DNA of 61,967 nt, the filler included, from Stramenopiles sp. TOSAG23-6 (taxonomy: Eukaryota), in assembly GCA_900128565.1 (NCBI GenBank). It is 21 parts of 21 records of this genome, joined end to end, with 100 filler letters (N's around TTAATTAATTAA, not from the genome) between each part and the next. Parts side by side here need not be neighbours in the genome. Positions count along the whole stretch, not along the records: positions 8,903 to 11,767 come from LT637781.1; positions 11,868 to 14,732 come from LT637782.1; positions 14,833 to 17,697 come from LT637783.1; positions 17,798 to 20,660 come from LT637784.1; positions 20,761 to 23,622 come from LT637785.1; positions 23,723 to 26,584 come from LT637786.1; 15 more parts are not named here. One strand, written 5' to 3'. A program made the position numbers and the translations under genes. Positions 11,713 through 23,780 of this stretch are shown piece by piece; the first letter of the stretch is position 1, and each line of letters begins with the position of its first letter. The notes under the pieces are model-generated. The model was not told where the DNA came from, searched no databases, and saw only the letters and a list, made by a program, of their open reading frames with translations.

Positions 11713-11953
11713 ATGTATTTTGGAAAAATATTTAAAAAAAAAATCGTTAGGTACAAAATTTCGTACGNNNNNNNNNNNNNNNNNNNNNNNNNNNNNNNNN
11801 NNNNNNNNNNNTTAATTAATTAANNNNNNNNNNNNNNNNNNNNNNNNNNNNNNNNNNNNNNNNNNNNTTTTATTTTTTTTCAAATTCGATTTTTTTTTTT
11901 ATAAAAATTTTGTACCTAACAAAAAACATTTCAAATATTTTTCCAAAATTCAT

Positions 11954-13314
11954 GTACCTGTAGATGAAGGTCACTGTTATATATGGGGCCAGCCACTAGG
12001 GATGAGTTTGGATGCACAACAATTAAATAAAAAAGAGAAAAGTAAACAAAAAATATCTATAAAATTTCTAAAAAAGGGTAAAAAAATTCGTCCTACATTG
12101 GAAGGAGTAATTGCTAAACCATTACTGGTACAAAATTCAGTAAGAAGCCCTCAAAAAATAGTAATATCACATATATCGTGTGGTTATCGCCATACTGCAC
12201 TTACAACACAAAATGGATGTTTGTTTTATTTTTTTTCAAATTCCAATTGTTTTTTCGTATGAAATTTTGTACCTAACGAATTTTTTTTGAAATATTCTTC
12301 CAAAATAAATGTTTGTTCACATTTGGGCATGGTGTATGCGGTCGTTTAGGTCACGGCGGGACATGCGATGAAGTTTATCCTAGGCGCGTGGAATTTTTAA
12401 ACAAGTTGAATGTCTTTACAATTGGTTCAGCCTGTGGTCGCGAGCACACATTATGCTGGACAGTTGACGGTCGACTATTTTCATGGGGCTGGAATGAAGC
12501 AGGTCGATTAGGTCTCGGAGATGAAGATACTCGTTTCATACCTACAGAAGTTTCATGCCCAAAACAGTTATTTCGATACGATAGTTTAGCGAATGATGGC
12601 ATGTCGTCATCAACCGATTCAGATTCATTTGAACATCTAAGTGAAAGACAATGTATGTTTTATTTTTTTTTTTAACAAAAAATCGATTTTTGTTTTTATA
12701 AAAATTTTGTACCTAACAAATTTTAGTATTTTTTTTTGAAATATTTTTCCAAAATACATCTTTATCGTTGAATGATTGGGTAAAGAATGCGGCATGTGGT
12801 CGAGAACATACGTTAGTTGTCACAAAGAATGGTATACTACTTGCTTGTGGTGCTGGTCATGTATGTTTTATTTTTTTTCAAATTCGATTTTTTTTTCGTA
12901 CGAAAGTTTGTACCTAACGATTTTGTTTTGAAATATTTTTCCAAAATACATGGATTCCGCTTGGGAAATGGAAAGCAACGCGAACAATTGCAACTCGAGC
13001 CTGTCTTTGGAGAGTTACGGGATGAGATTGTTATTTCAGCATCTGCTGGGGAAGCTCATTCAGCATGTCTGACAATTGATCGTCTTGTATACACTTGGGG
13101 ATTTGGAGGATCTGGAGCTCTTGGACACAATTGTTTTGAATCAGAGAAGTTTCCTCGACGAATTGACTTTGCGCCTGTAGGTGCAAAGCAAATTGCATGT
13201 GGGGCATATCATACTGCTATCTTGGATATTTTAGGTAATTTATGGACTTGCGGTGATGGTGAGAATGGACAACTTGGGCGTTATGTATCAAAACAGGAAC
13301 GTATTGATCGATAG
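11954..13314 (+). CDS. RCC1-repeat protein, partial; introns 12219-12310, 12653-12759, 12861-12951
   Basis: Repeated ACGxxHT / WGxxxxGRLG motifs, continuous after splicing. Confidence 0.92.
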
Positions 13315-13776
13315 TTTTTCAACAAGTCTACGACGCATAATCTTCAGAAGTGCGCCTTCACCAAATGCTGCTAAAAGACAAACGTCATCCGGAATATCCT
13401 CTGCCGGACAATCGTGAGACGCATCGTAGGGATTAACATATTTCTCAGGGAAAGTTTTCGTGCTCCCATCTTCTATCTTCACCGTAACTTCGTCTTTATC
13501 CTTGGAAACAATTTCCCCAAGTGAGTATAACGCAGCGCACATTGTGACTTCAGCACTCTTAATATTATCACCTGGGCATTTCCCCTTCGCTTTATAGTCT
13601 TTTATGTATTCATCCACTGGTTTTTTGACCCAACGCAAAGTCTTTTCACGAAATTCTGTATCATTGCGCAGCCTCTCGCAAAAGGCGTCTCGACTTTTGT
13701 CAGCGTCAACAATTTTTTTCACACTACAAATCTTTCCCTTGTTATCTTCACCAGCACGGTAGTAACATCGGACCAT
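13288..13776 (-). CDS. Myosin heavy chain N-terminal fragment, truncated at a probable chimeric join
   Basis: SH3-like region then DDVCLLAAFGEGALLKIMRRR..SINT, resembling the start of the myosin motor domain. Confidence 0.65.
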   Translation of the reverse strand: MVRCYYRAGEDNKGKICSVKKIVDADKSRDAFCERLRNDTEFREKTLRWVKKPVDEYIKDYKAKGKCPGDNIKSAEVTMCAALYSLGEIVSKDKDEVTVKIEDGSTKTFPEKYVNPYDASHDCPAEDIPDDVCLLAAFGEGALLKIMRRRLVEKLSINTFLF

Positions 13777-14022
13777 TATGGTATAAAAAAATGTAACCTA
13801 TAAGATTTATATTTCTATGATTGAGTAAGAAAGGTATATTTTACAGTATGCAAGATGATACCTCTTTAGCTGATGCATACAAAGATACTATACAAGTGGT
13901 ATTATTCTACCGTATTGAAGAGAAAGAAGGTTTTTGTGTTAGATATGTAACGGTCAAAATTCCACAAAGGTCCCGAAAATATAACGGAAAAAGAGGAGCA
14001 AAAATTTTACTTTTAAACGTTG

Positions 14023-14677
14023 TTACACTTTATTGAATTTATCTACATGTGTACGCGAATTTACTAGACCATATCTAGAATTCTGGTGTATATTTCTTTT
14101 TGTCAAGCTTCGATCATGGCAAAACATATATCCCACTTGTTGGCGACATCTGGGATTAGAACAGTGAACATCTGCCATATCAAATGGACCTTGGGCAAGA
14201 TCTACTTCGTATGGTTCAGCAACTGTTATTGAACCTGGAACTAAAGAATTCATATAACACGCAGGTTCCGGAGGTTCATCATCCGGAGTATCGCTGAAAC
14301 TCCACCGTCTACCATAGCATAATATCTGATCAGTATAGCTCAATATAGACCTGCAACCACTGCATTTTATAGGAACACGAGTAACGTGTGGCTTTTGGGT
14401 CCTTGCATCTTTAATACGTACATATACTATGAAAAAATATTTCGAAAAAAAACTGTTAGGTACGAAATTTCGTACGAAAAAAAATTAAAAGTATTTCATG
14501 ATGAAAACGTACATAAATTTCACCAAGATAAGTTTGACCGATAAATACTTCTTCTTTTTCATCTTTGGGATCAACATATGTGAGGCTATTCGGATCTATC
14601 GATTTTTTATCTTTATCAATACTAGAAATTTTGTACAATTCACCTTGTTCTAAAGACCGTGAACGTTCTCTTCGTCG
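14023..14677 (-). CDS. Yippee/Mis18-like zinc-binding protein, 5' partial; intron 14422-14512
   Basis: IKCSGCRSIL and ADVHCSNPRCRQQVGY Cys pairs. Confidence 0.7.
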
Positions 14678-14898
14678 ATGTATTTTGGAAAAATATTTCA
14701 AAAAAAAAAAACTAAAATTTGTTAGGTACAAANNNNNNNNNNNNNNNNNNNNNNNNNNNNNNNNNNNNNNNNNNNNTTAATTAATTAANNNNNNNNNNNN
14801 NNNNNNNNNNNNNNNNNNNNNNNNNNNNNNNNTCAAAAAAAATCGTTAGGTACAAAATTTCGTACGAAAAAAAATTCAAAATTGAAATGAAAACGTAC

Positions 14899-16798
14899 AT
14901 CGAATAATGTTATCATCCTTTTCAATAAGTTCCTCCATTGTCCCTGAAAGATAGGCATCAAATTCATCCGGAGATAAAAAAGTCCTCACATCATGTGCTG
15001 CAAGGTCTATTGTGCATTCAGAAATATATTGTGAAAAAATATTTCAAAACTGTTTTTTCTTTTTTTTTGTTAGGTACAATTTTTTTTTGTTTGGTAAAAA
15101 AAAATATTCGATTTCGGAATTGATGAAAATGTACATTATACGAACAATTGTAGAACATTGACAATCATATCGATCGGGAGTGTTTCGATTTCGTATACAA
15201 TTCATACAATATACATGAAAACAACCATTCGACTCTTCTTCTAGACATGCCAATCTTTGCGTATGAGATTTCGTCTTATTTTCTTCAGAGCTGTTTATAT
15301 TTTTTGCATCTTTTCCACATTTTAAACATTTTAATGTCGGATTTCGTATTTTTCGCTGTGTTTCACTTCGCAGTTTCATTAAACGCATTATATTCTTTCG
15401 ATCACCTTTTTGCATGGCAGTTCTCATTTCTTCTCCGATAGAAAGTAAATTTGCTTCAGCGACAGATTGCCCCGATTGAAGTAAACGATACATTCCTTTC
15501 AAAGACGTTGCAGAAAAAAATCGCAAAGTTTTACTCCCCACTCCTTTCGTAAGAGCTTCTAAAATATGTAAAATAATTGGCTGAGCGTGTATAGCTGCTT
15601 CGGCAGTCAAGCCTGTGCCACTCTCTGTTCGAGTTCGACTACCTCTAAAACTACTAAAACTACGACCAGCTATAATAGATGTTTGAGAGATTTCCGTAGA
15701 ATCTTGAGAAAGTTTTAATCTTGTAAAAATGTCCTCTATAGTATCTATTTGATTATTTTCAATAGTGTGTGATTTTGTATTAATTAGCGACATGGAAGAT
15801 CGTCGAGCAAGTTTACTTTTATCAAAAGATACTGAAGCTTTATCCCATGAATCCTTTTTATTGCGTTTTCTTGGTATCATTAGAGAACCAGGTCTAAACA
15901 TAGTATTTCTATTTTCTATAGTTTTGCGTCTTGTTCTACCCTCTTCTTCTTTGCCGTCAAGTGATTGATTACGAGATAAAACAGAGCCGTATAATAATAA
16001 TTCAGCTATAGGACTTCTATCTGGCTGCAGGCTGCGTCTTAACGTCAAGTGCAGCGAACCTGAACAAAAGCCAGCAGCGTCTAAATCAATGTGAATTTCG
16101 CTGATTTCGTTTTTGACAATTTCATCTTGAGCAGCACTTAATAATTCAGTACCAGATTTAGGAGCTCGAACCTTGGCTATGCCATAACCAACTTGGTTAT
16201 CATCTTGAGTAAATACTTTAATAGATAGCATCGTTTCTTTTCCTCTTTCCAACCAAAATGAAAAACATTCATTCCAAATCGGATTGCTACTTGCACGAAC
16301 AACTTTTGAACTAGACTTCTGTTTACCCATTTCAATGTTACAATATATATTACGACGCATAAGTTTATGATGAGCACTTGTATTTGTTCCATCTACCCTA
16401 GAATCTACACCTCTAGGTTTGAGAAAAATATCTGTACCATTAACTAATTCAAGCCAAAACACACTTCGACTCTTTTTGCTAGTAACACTTGAAATCTTTC
16501 CTGTTTTTGGGACTGTAAATGTCATTGTGCGATGCAAACTAATATTAGAGCGAGATAAACTACCACTTCTACGACGATTTTTCACTGAATCTCCACGATT
16601 TGGTAGATTTGTGTTGGCGTTTCGAGGTCGTTTGTAGCGAACATCTTCATGCAGCTGCAGACTAGCTTTTTCAAAGTTCCATTCTGCTTCTTCTAGAGTA
16701 GCCTGTACAACACCTTCTTCCTGGCCCGAAAACGAACACAGTGATTCTACCATTTCCTCATGTGTCATTCCATCGGCAACAGGCAACCCATCCATCAT
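14899..16798 (-). CDS. UBA-like + C2 domain + RING/IBR (RBR E3 ligase-like) protein, 3' partial; intron 15024-15134
   Basis: SSNPIWNECFSF (C2); CLKC..CFHVYCMNC (RING); next exon DVRTFLSPDEFDAYL..IIRC resembles the RING1-IBR linker. Confidence 0.65.
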
Positions 16799-17212
16799 GA
16801 ACGCCTAAACTAAAAGCAATTACTGGAAAAATATATTGAGTATGGATCTAAAATGATTTCGATTTGATGGCCGTAGCCGTATCAACACGAAATACGAAAA
16901 GAAAAAAAAAAAAATGTGTTTTTTTTCGTTTTGCTACCTCAGATGTCGGATGTCAATAATCGCAATGTTTGATTGATGATTCATTTGTTCTTGTCCAAAA
17001 TCAAAAGAAGTTGTCAAAGAAGTTTTGTGAAAAAAGCACTACCTTTTGAAAACGCATTGAAGACGAAACTCTTTTTAATCCAACTGCCTCAGGGCCTGGT
17101 AAATTGGTAATATCAGATTGATTGACTCTTCTAGATACGATCAAACTTGGGTTCTTTTTTTAAAGTAATTTAGGTGAGTAATCCGTTTAAAGGTACTACT
17201 ACTGGAGCTGCG

Positions 17213-17697
17213 ATGAATCGCTTTTCCACAATAGCCGAATCCGAGCGAATAGAAAGCACTTCACCAAAGGAAGATCCCCGAACTTCTGCTAGCACACGAT
17301 TTGGTTCATCTTATGAAGATGATTCTTTTGAGACGCCATTCACTGGTGGTGTAAAACCTCCTGAATGGGTGCCGAATACAGTTTCATGCCAAAAATGTGA
17401 TACAAAATTCAGTCTAACATTTCGCCCCCATCACTGCCGCTGCTGTGGAGTTTGTGTCTGTTCAAAATGTTCTAATCATCGCTGGATTTTAGAATATCAA
17501 ACTACAGATATCTCCGAATTTAATTCCAGGAGTCTAAATGACAAAAGCTGCTCTCCGCTTGGTTCTATGGATGAACCCTCTCGTGTTTGTGTACCTTTTC
17601 ATCATTCATTTCAAAAAAAACTTCATAGAAAATTTTGTACCTAACAATTTTTCTTACTCCAAAAAAAAAAGAAATATTTTTCACAATATATGGGGCT
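17213..17697 (+). CDS. FYVE zinc-finger protein, 3' partial; intron 17591-17691
   Basis: PEWVP..CQKC..F..RPHHCRCCGVCVCSKCS..RVC. Confidence 0.9.
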
Positions 17698-17878
17698 NNN
17701 NNNNNNNNNNNNNNNNNNNNNNNNNNNNNNNNNNNNNNNNNTTAATTAATTAANNNNNNNNNNNNNNNNNNNNNNNNNNNNNNNNNNNNNNNNNNNNTTT
17801 TTTTGGTACAAAATTTTGTCCCTAACGTTTTTTTTTATAAAAAAAAAAAAAAAAAAAAAAATATTTTTTTACATTATA

Positions 17879-18069
17879 TGATCATGAACGAGACATTGTG
17901 TTACAATTAATGGATTATTTTCAAGAAGTCCCATTACGTGAGATTGTTGATAATGCTAAATGGGCTAAAGGGCGCTTTGATAATGCATATGTATGTTCTA
18001 TTATCAAATTTCATAATTTTCAAATTTTTCAATTTTTTTTTTTTTTTTTTTTCAAAGAAAAATTTTTAC

Positions 18070-18104
<35 letters not shown>

Positions 18105-19053
18105 AAAATATTTTTCGACACATTACAGTTGTATTATATTGCAAAAGATATCAAAGATGAACATTTAGTACAATATACAGTCCAATCATTGAGTCGTCTC
18201 TTAGCCTCTGTTGGATTCGTTGTACATCCAATTGAATTTCATGACTCTCGTACGTTGATGCATCACGAATTTATAATTTATTTCCTTTTTTTTTTTTTTG
18301 AAAAAAATTTGTAAAAAATATTTTTTTTTTTTTTTTTAGTAAAAAAAATATAATTTTTCTAGTTGTTACATATGCACTAACACACTTCAAATTGTACATA
18401 AATACGATTTTACTATATATGTGGTTTATTGCATATGGAACACTGGAATAATATTAACGGTTCAATAAAACGGTCCGTCCGTTATGTACGATTTTATCAT
18501 GAATTTACCAATTTATTATTTTATTTTTTTATTTTTTTTTTTTTTTTTACAAAATTTCGTAGTGAATCATTTTCTTTTTAACACTTTTTTTTCGAAACAA
18601 AACAAATATTCTTTTACAATATATGATTCACGTGGCGCAATGTCTCTGATTATTGATGGTATAAAACCTTTACAACATCAATTGTATCAACAAAAAAATC
18701 AAAAATTATCAGATTTTTCTGATTTTTACCCTAACCCTAATGGTCAAATAATTAGACAACAAGATTTGCATAATATTGCACGAATATTTAAAACCCCACA
18801 AACTCCAATCACACTTGAGTATTTAACAATTATAGGTCAAATTATAGATAATAATAGAAGAAATTTACGAAATAAAAGAAAACAACTTCAAAACCCTAAC
18901 CCTAATGAAAACAGTATAAACCCTAACCCTAATGAAAATAGTATAACAAATGTACTACCAAATAATCCTCTGACTGTCACTACTTCAATGCCACAATGTA
19001 TACAAAATTTGGTAGCTAAAGATACATTGTTTTCAATCCAGTTGGATATCAGT
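17879..19053 (+). CDS. Unassigned exons separated by family introns; poorly assembled, possibly several genes
   Basis: Short open exons between homopolymer-rich introns; continuity uncertain. Confidence 0.35.
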
Positions 19054-19111
19054 GTACGTTTTAATTTATTTTTCAAATTGTTTTTTTTTTTTTTTATACG
19101 AAATTTTGTAC

Positions 19112-19145
<34 letters not shown>

Positions 19146-19329
19146 AAAAAAAAAATTCGAAAAAAAAACACGAAAAAGGGGAAAAATGTATGTTTTTTTT
19201 TTTTTTTTTTTTTTAAAAAAAATTTTTTACCAAAAAAAAAAAAAAAAAAAAAAAAATTTTTTTTTTTTTTTTGTGGAAAATTTCATACCTAACAAATTTC
19301 AATGTTTGAAATATTATTGACAAATAATG

Positions 19330-20539
19330 CAATTTATGACTCCAAAGTTGTATTTGATAAAAAATGTCACTCAACGAATGCACCAACTGAAACTATAGAA
19401 CAGCATATGTACGTTACATCTTCAAGATTCATTTCAATTTCCAATTTATCAGGAAATTTTCATACGAAATTTTGTACCTAAGATTTTCTTTTTCAAGATT
19501 CATTTCAATTTCCAATTTATCAGGGAATTTTCATACGAAATTTTGTACCTAAGATTTTTTTTTTTTGTAATTACGTTTTCAACATTCATTTCAATTACGA
19601 TTATTTTTCATACATTTTTTTTTAAAACATTTTTTTCACTTTTTTTTTTTTTTTGGTATACAATTTTATACCTAACAACAACAAAAAATTAAATATTTTC
19701 TTGCATTTTATGTATTCTTATTTAAATAAAAAGTATGGTCTGAAGAGTCTGATTGTCGAACAAGCAGCAGCCATATTAAAAAGTGTCTATAAATTTTCTG
19801 TCATTGATAATGATGTCGCAGTGTTTTTAAATATATATAACAATATAATGTATGTTTTATTTTTTTTCATTTTTGTCCCAAAAAAAAAAAAAAAAAAAAA
19901 ATTAATTTGAAATTTGAAATTTGAAAAAAAAAAATTTTGAAAAATTTGAAAAAAAAAATATTTTTTCACAATATATAGACGAAGATTTTCGTCATGTTCA
20001 AATTCGACTCAAGGAAACAGTTTCGGAGCTTTTACGTGTATATTTAAAAGGAAAATATCCCCGAAAAGTGGACCATACAATAAACTCTCTATTACAAACA
20101 CGAAAAAAGGGAAATATGTATGTTTTTTTTTTTTTTTTTTTTTGGATGAATTTTTTTTTTTCATAGTAAATTTTGTACCTAACAAATTTTGGAATTTTTT
20201 TTGAAAAATTTTTCCAAAATACATCTTGGAGGACGAGTGGATCGATATTGTAAAATATATGTACAATAAAGAAGATTCTCTCAGTTTAACAATCAAGATA
20301 AAAAATGCAATTCAAAAGAGACCGAACGAAAAACGAAAATCAAGTACGTTTTTTTTTTTTTTTTAAATTTTTTTGAATGTATACAAAATTTTGTACCTAA
20401 GAAAAAACCAAAAAACATTTTTTTTTTTTTTTACAAAACAGTTCGGGGAAAACGACGAAATTTATCTTCTGATATACAAAAGGAAAATTGTCTTCCATTT
20501 ATTCAATTTCTTAAGATCCTTTTGGATTTTCAATTAGAT
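19330..20539 (+). CDS. Conserved protist protein of unknown function (TSNAXIP1-like region); introns 19409-19711, 19850-19976, 20118-20224, 20345-20441
   Basis: Spliced ETIEQHMYSYLNKKYGLKSLIVEQAAAI..DNDVAVFLNIYNNIIDEDFRHVQ matches a remembered conserved motif. Confidence 0.6.
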
Positions 20540-20571
20540 GTACGCTTTCATTTTTTTTTTTTCAAAAAATT

Positions 20572-20602
<31 letters not shown>

Positions 20603-20626
20603 GGGAAAAAATTTTTTAAAAAAACC

Positions 20627-20657
<31 letters not shown>

Positions 20658-20977
20658 AAANNNNNNNNNNNNNNNNNNNNNNNNNNNNNNNNNNNNNNNN
20701 NNNNTTAATTAATTAANNNNNNNNNNNNNNNNNNNNNNNNNNNNNNNNNNNNNNNNNNNNTTTTTCGTACGAAATTTTGTACCTAACAAATTTTTTTAGA
20801 TTTTTTTTTGAAATATTTTTTTACAAAACGTGTGTGTTTTTTTTCTATCATTGTTGTTTTAACCCATTGTTTTTTTAATTTCTCTACACGTGTTGTACCA
20901 TTTTTTTTAATGTAAACAATCGAAAGTGTCGTACCTAACATTGTATTTTTTCTAAAAAATATGTTTTTACAGTATAG

Positions 20978-22579
20978 TCAATCATCGGTTCTCTTGTGGC
21001 TGTTGGCTGGGCAGCAAAAGGATTTCGTTCTCTTGGCTGGGAAGCTCTAGGTGAAGTTGGTATATCATGGATTGTATCTCCTTTGGTGGGTATGATTTTT
21101 GCAGGTGTTATGTTTATAATCATTGAACAATCAACAATGCATAGTCGATATCATACAAAAGGTGAAGTAGGAAAGAGATCGAAACAAATGCAACCTATTT
21201 TTATGACTTTTACAATATCGATGTGCATTGCATTCATTTTAGTAGCTGGTCCAAAACCTATTGCTATAAAAACAAAATGGCTTGCGATTCTGATATCTGT
21301 TGGAATTGGGTCTGTTATTACAATTGCATCAATGTGTTTATCACGAAAAAAGGAAAAACAAAATTCTTTAGATGAAAATCTCTTTATTTTAAAACATTCA
21401 GAAGAAGAAGGAGGAGGAGGAGTGGATAAGAGGTCAATTTCTAATAATTTTAGACGACAACAAAGATCTCAAAGAACGGGAAATTTTCTTGGTTCCGCCA
21501 AACTTCATTTATTTCATTCTGATGGAGATGATGATGATATTGAATGTGGAATTAATACTGGAAGTAATCTTGATTCACTTTTAGGTGAATTACCACATGA
21601 AAAAATTCAACTGCCTGGTTTTCTAGATGCTTCGGAAGTCTCTGAAGAAAATGTATGTTTTTATCTTTCATTTTATTTTAATTTTTTCTAATTTATTATT
21701 TTTTCATACGAAATTTCGTACCTAACGATTTTTTTTATTATCCAAAAAAAAAAAAAAAATATTTTTTCCAATACAGGATGAGCCATCCTCGACTGTTAGT
21801 GTTCAAACAAAACAACGTTCAATAGCAAAACAAGAATCAAAGACAGGATTGTCACATGCAACAGAATACTCTGGTGATGAAAACCGTACAGCAAAGGATG
21901 AAAAACTCCGTGCACGTGTTGCTGCTGAAGCTCCTTTTGTCCCATTATTGGCCATTTCAGCGCTAAGTGTTGCTTTTGCACATGGTGGCAATGATGTTGG
22001 AAATTCAGTAGGTCCTCTTTGTGCTATATTGGATATTTATAATAACAGAAATAATAGTGGTAGTTTTAAGATTAATTCTACTCCTGAAATTGAAACATGT
22101 ACGTTTTTCATCATGAATTTCATTTTTTTTGTAAAAACAATTTTTTTTCATAGTAAATTTTGTACCTAACAAATTTTTTACTAAAAACATTTTTTTTTCA
22201 CAATACATGGGCGTTAGCTTTAGGTGCAATAGGTTTTGTTATTGGAATTATTTTTCTTGGCAGTCGAACTATCGATACAGTTGGGAATCGGATTACGAAA
22301 TTAACTCCTTCTCGTTCCTATGCGACTCAAATGGGTGCTGCTGTTGCCGTTTTGGGATCTTCTGTTTTTGGTTACCCGGTATCTACTTCACATTGCCTTG
22401 TTGGTGCTGTAGTCGGTGTTGGACTGGCCAGCAAATGTTGTGGTATGACACAGTCTTCTACTTCACTCAATTTTAAAATTTTACAGAAAATTGTAGTAGG
22501 CTGGGTGGTGACGATACCTCTTGCTATGCTTTGTGCAAGTATTGTCTTTATACCTGTTCAAAAGCTACTAGGATATTAA
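20978..22579 (+). CDS. PiT/PHO4-family phosphate transporter, 5' partial; introns 21653-21776 (GT-AG) and 22099-22208 (GT-AT)
   Basis: AFAHGGNDVGNSVGP and PVSTSHCLVGAVVGVG signatures. Confidence 0.95.
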
Positions 22580-23007
22580 TATGACTAATTTGTCTAAATA
22601 ATATTTTATACCTGTTCCAAAGCTACTAGGATGTTAATATGACCAATATTACCCATTTGATTCCTTTGAAATCATTTCAAAAAAAGGCCAAAAGAAACCA
22701 AAAGAAACCAAAAGAAACCAAAAGAAGTTTCTTTTCTTTCTACAGTTAAATTATTGTTAGTGTGTTTTAATAAAAAATGTATCACGAGATTATTCAAGTA
22801 TTTATATTTAACTTATATACCTCAAACGTCTTTTAGTAAATACAATGTAGATACTCAATAACATGGCTTAATTAATACACGAAAACCATATGGAACTAAA
22901 TACAATCAAGATATAATCCCACACTCATAACAACATTCCATATACAAATGCGTAAAAGCGCGCAATGTGAAAAAAAATTGAACGGCGCAAAGCCTAAACT
23001 AGTAAAT

Positions 23008-23412
23008 CTATTGGTTAGTATTTCCTCCACGGCCTCTTCCCCTTCCTCTACCACGACCTCTTCCTCTACCGCGTCCTCTGCCTCGACCTTTACCACGACC
23101 TCGACCGCCGCGGCCTCTACCACGACCTCTTCCTCTACCACGACCTCTACCATTTATGTTCATGTCATCTTCTGGTACAAGATCAATGACTTCTTTAGGT
23201 ATCTGTAAATATTTAATAGTACTACCTCTGATATAACACTCTTTTATTCGCCAAAACTGGTCACCATCTCGAGAGGTACAGATAACGTCACGAAGATTTA
23301 TGTTCATCCAGTTATCACAATTTACTAAGTGCCCGTTGTAGGTATCACCATTTTTTAGTTCAACCAACATTGGTTTTTTTTCCGCTGCACGTAGAAGAGA
23401 AAGAGGTAACAT
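23008..23412 (-). CDS. LSM4: U6 snRNA-associated Sm-like protein LSm4, intronless
   Basis: [45 protein letters not shown] plus RG-repeat tail. Confidence 0.97.
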   Translation of the reverse strand: MLPLSLLRAAEKKPMLVELKNGDTYNGHLVNCDNWMNINLRDVICTSRDGDQFWRIKECYIRGSTIKYLQIPKEVIDLVPEDDMNINGRGRGRGRGRGRGRGGRGRGKGRGRGRGRGRGRGRGRGRGRGGNTNQ

Positions 23413-23780
23413 ATTATTTTCTATAACTATAAGTACTAATATTAAAGTAAATTTAACGATACGATGACTCACAAAATATCACAATAATCGACGCCCTTTG
23501 ATAATATTTCTAATTATCTTCAGGAAGACTCGAGTCGAAACAAAGAAGGAACAAACAAACGACGAGTCAAAAGAAAAAACACGAAAAAAAAAAAAAAAAA
23601 AAAAAAAAAAACAATTTTTTGANNNNNNNNNNNNNNNNNNNNNNNNNNNNNNNNNNNNNNNNNNNNTTAATTAATTAANNNNNNNNNNNNNNNNNNNNNN
23701 NNNNNNNNNNNNNNNNNNNNNNTGTTTCTTTTAGTATGTTCTAAAACCAAACTAGGTGAATTCGATGATTTCACCAAAAT

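Noticed and set aside
12651-12757. Reading the introns as U12-type AT-AC (ATGTATG...AAATAC)
   Set aside because: Equivalent only when the exon ends in AT. Copies preceded by GC, CT, TT, GT or AA still end in AT, many end ATAT, and the U12 donor RTATCCTT is absent.
12861-12951. Ciliate-like TA-bounded DNA excision (IES)
   Set aside because: TA-to-TA excision would leave 6 extra nt that disturb RCC1 and USP motif spacing; strand bias with the host gene and the donor/branch motifs point to RNA splicing.
13270-13320. Overlapping convergent RCC1 and mini-myosin genes
   Set aside because: Both proteins break off mid-domain at the same point, most simply a chimeric junction.
19080-19320. Extra short exon resembling 20096-20125
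   Set aside because: Degraded duplicate within homopolymer runs; low-quality assembly.
22099-22217. Canonical AG acceptor 9 nt downstream in the PiT gene
   Set aside because: In frame but deletes the conserved Trp (ETWALALG). Ambiguous alone, but in USP and F-box no AG solution preserves the motifs.
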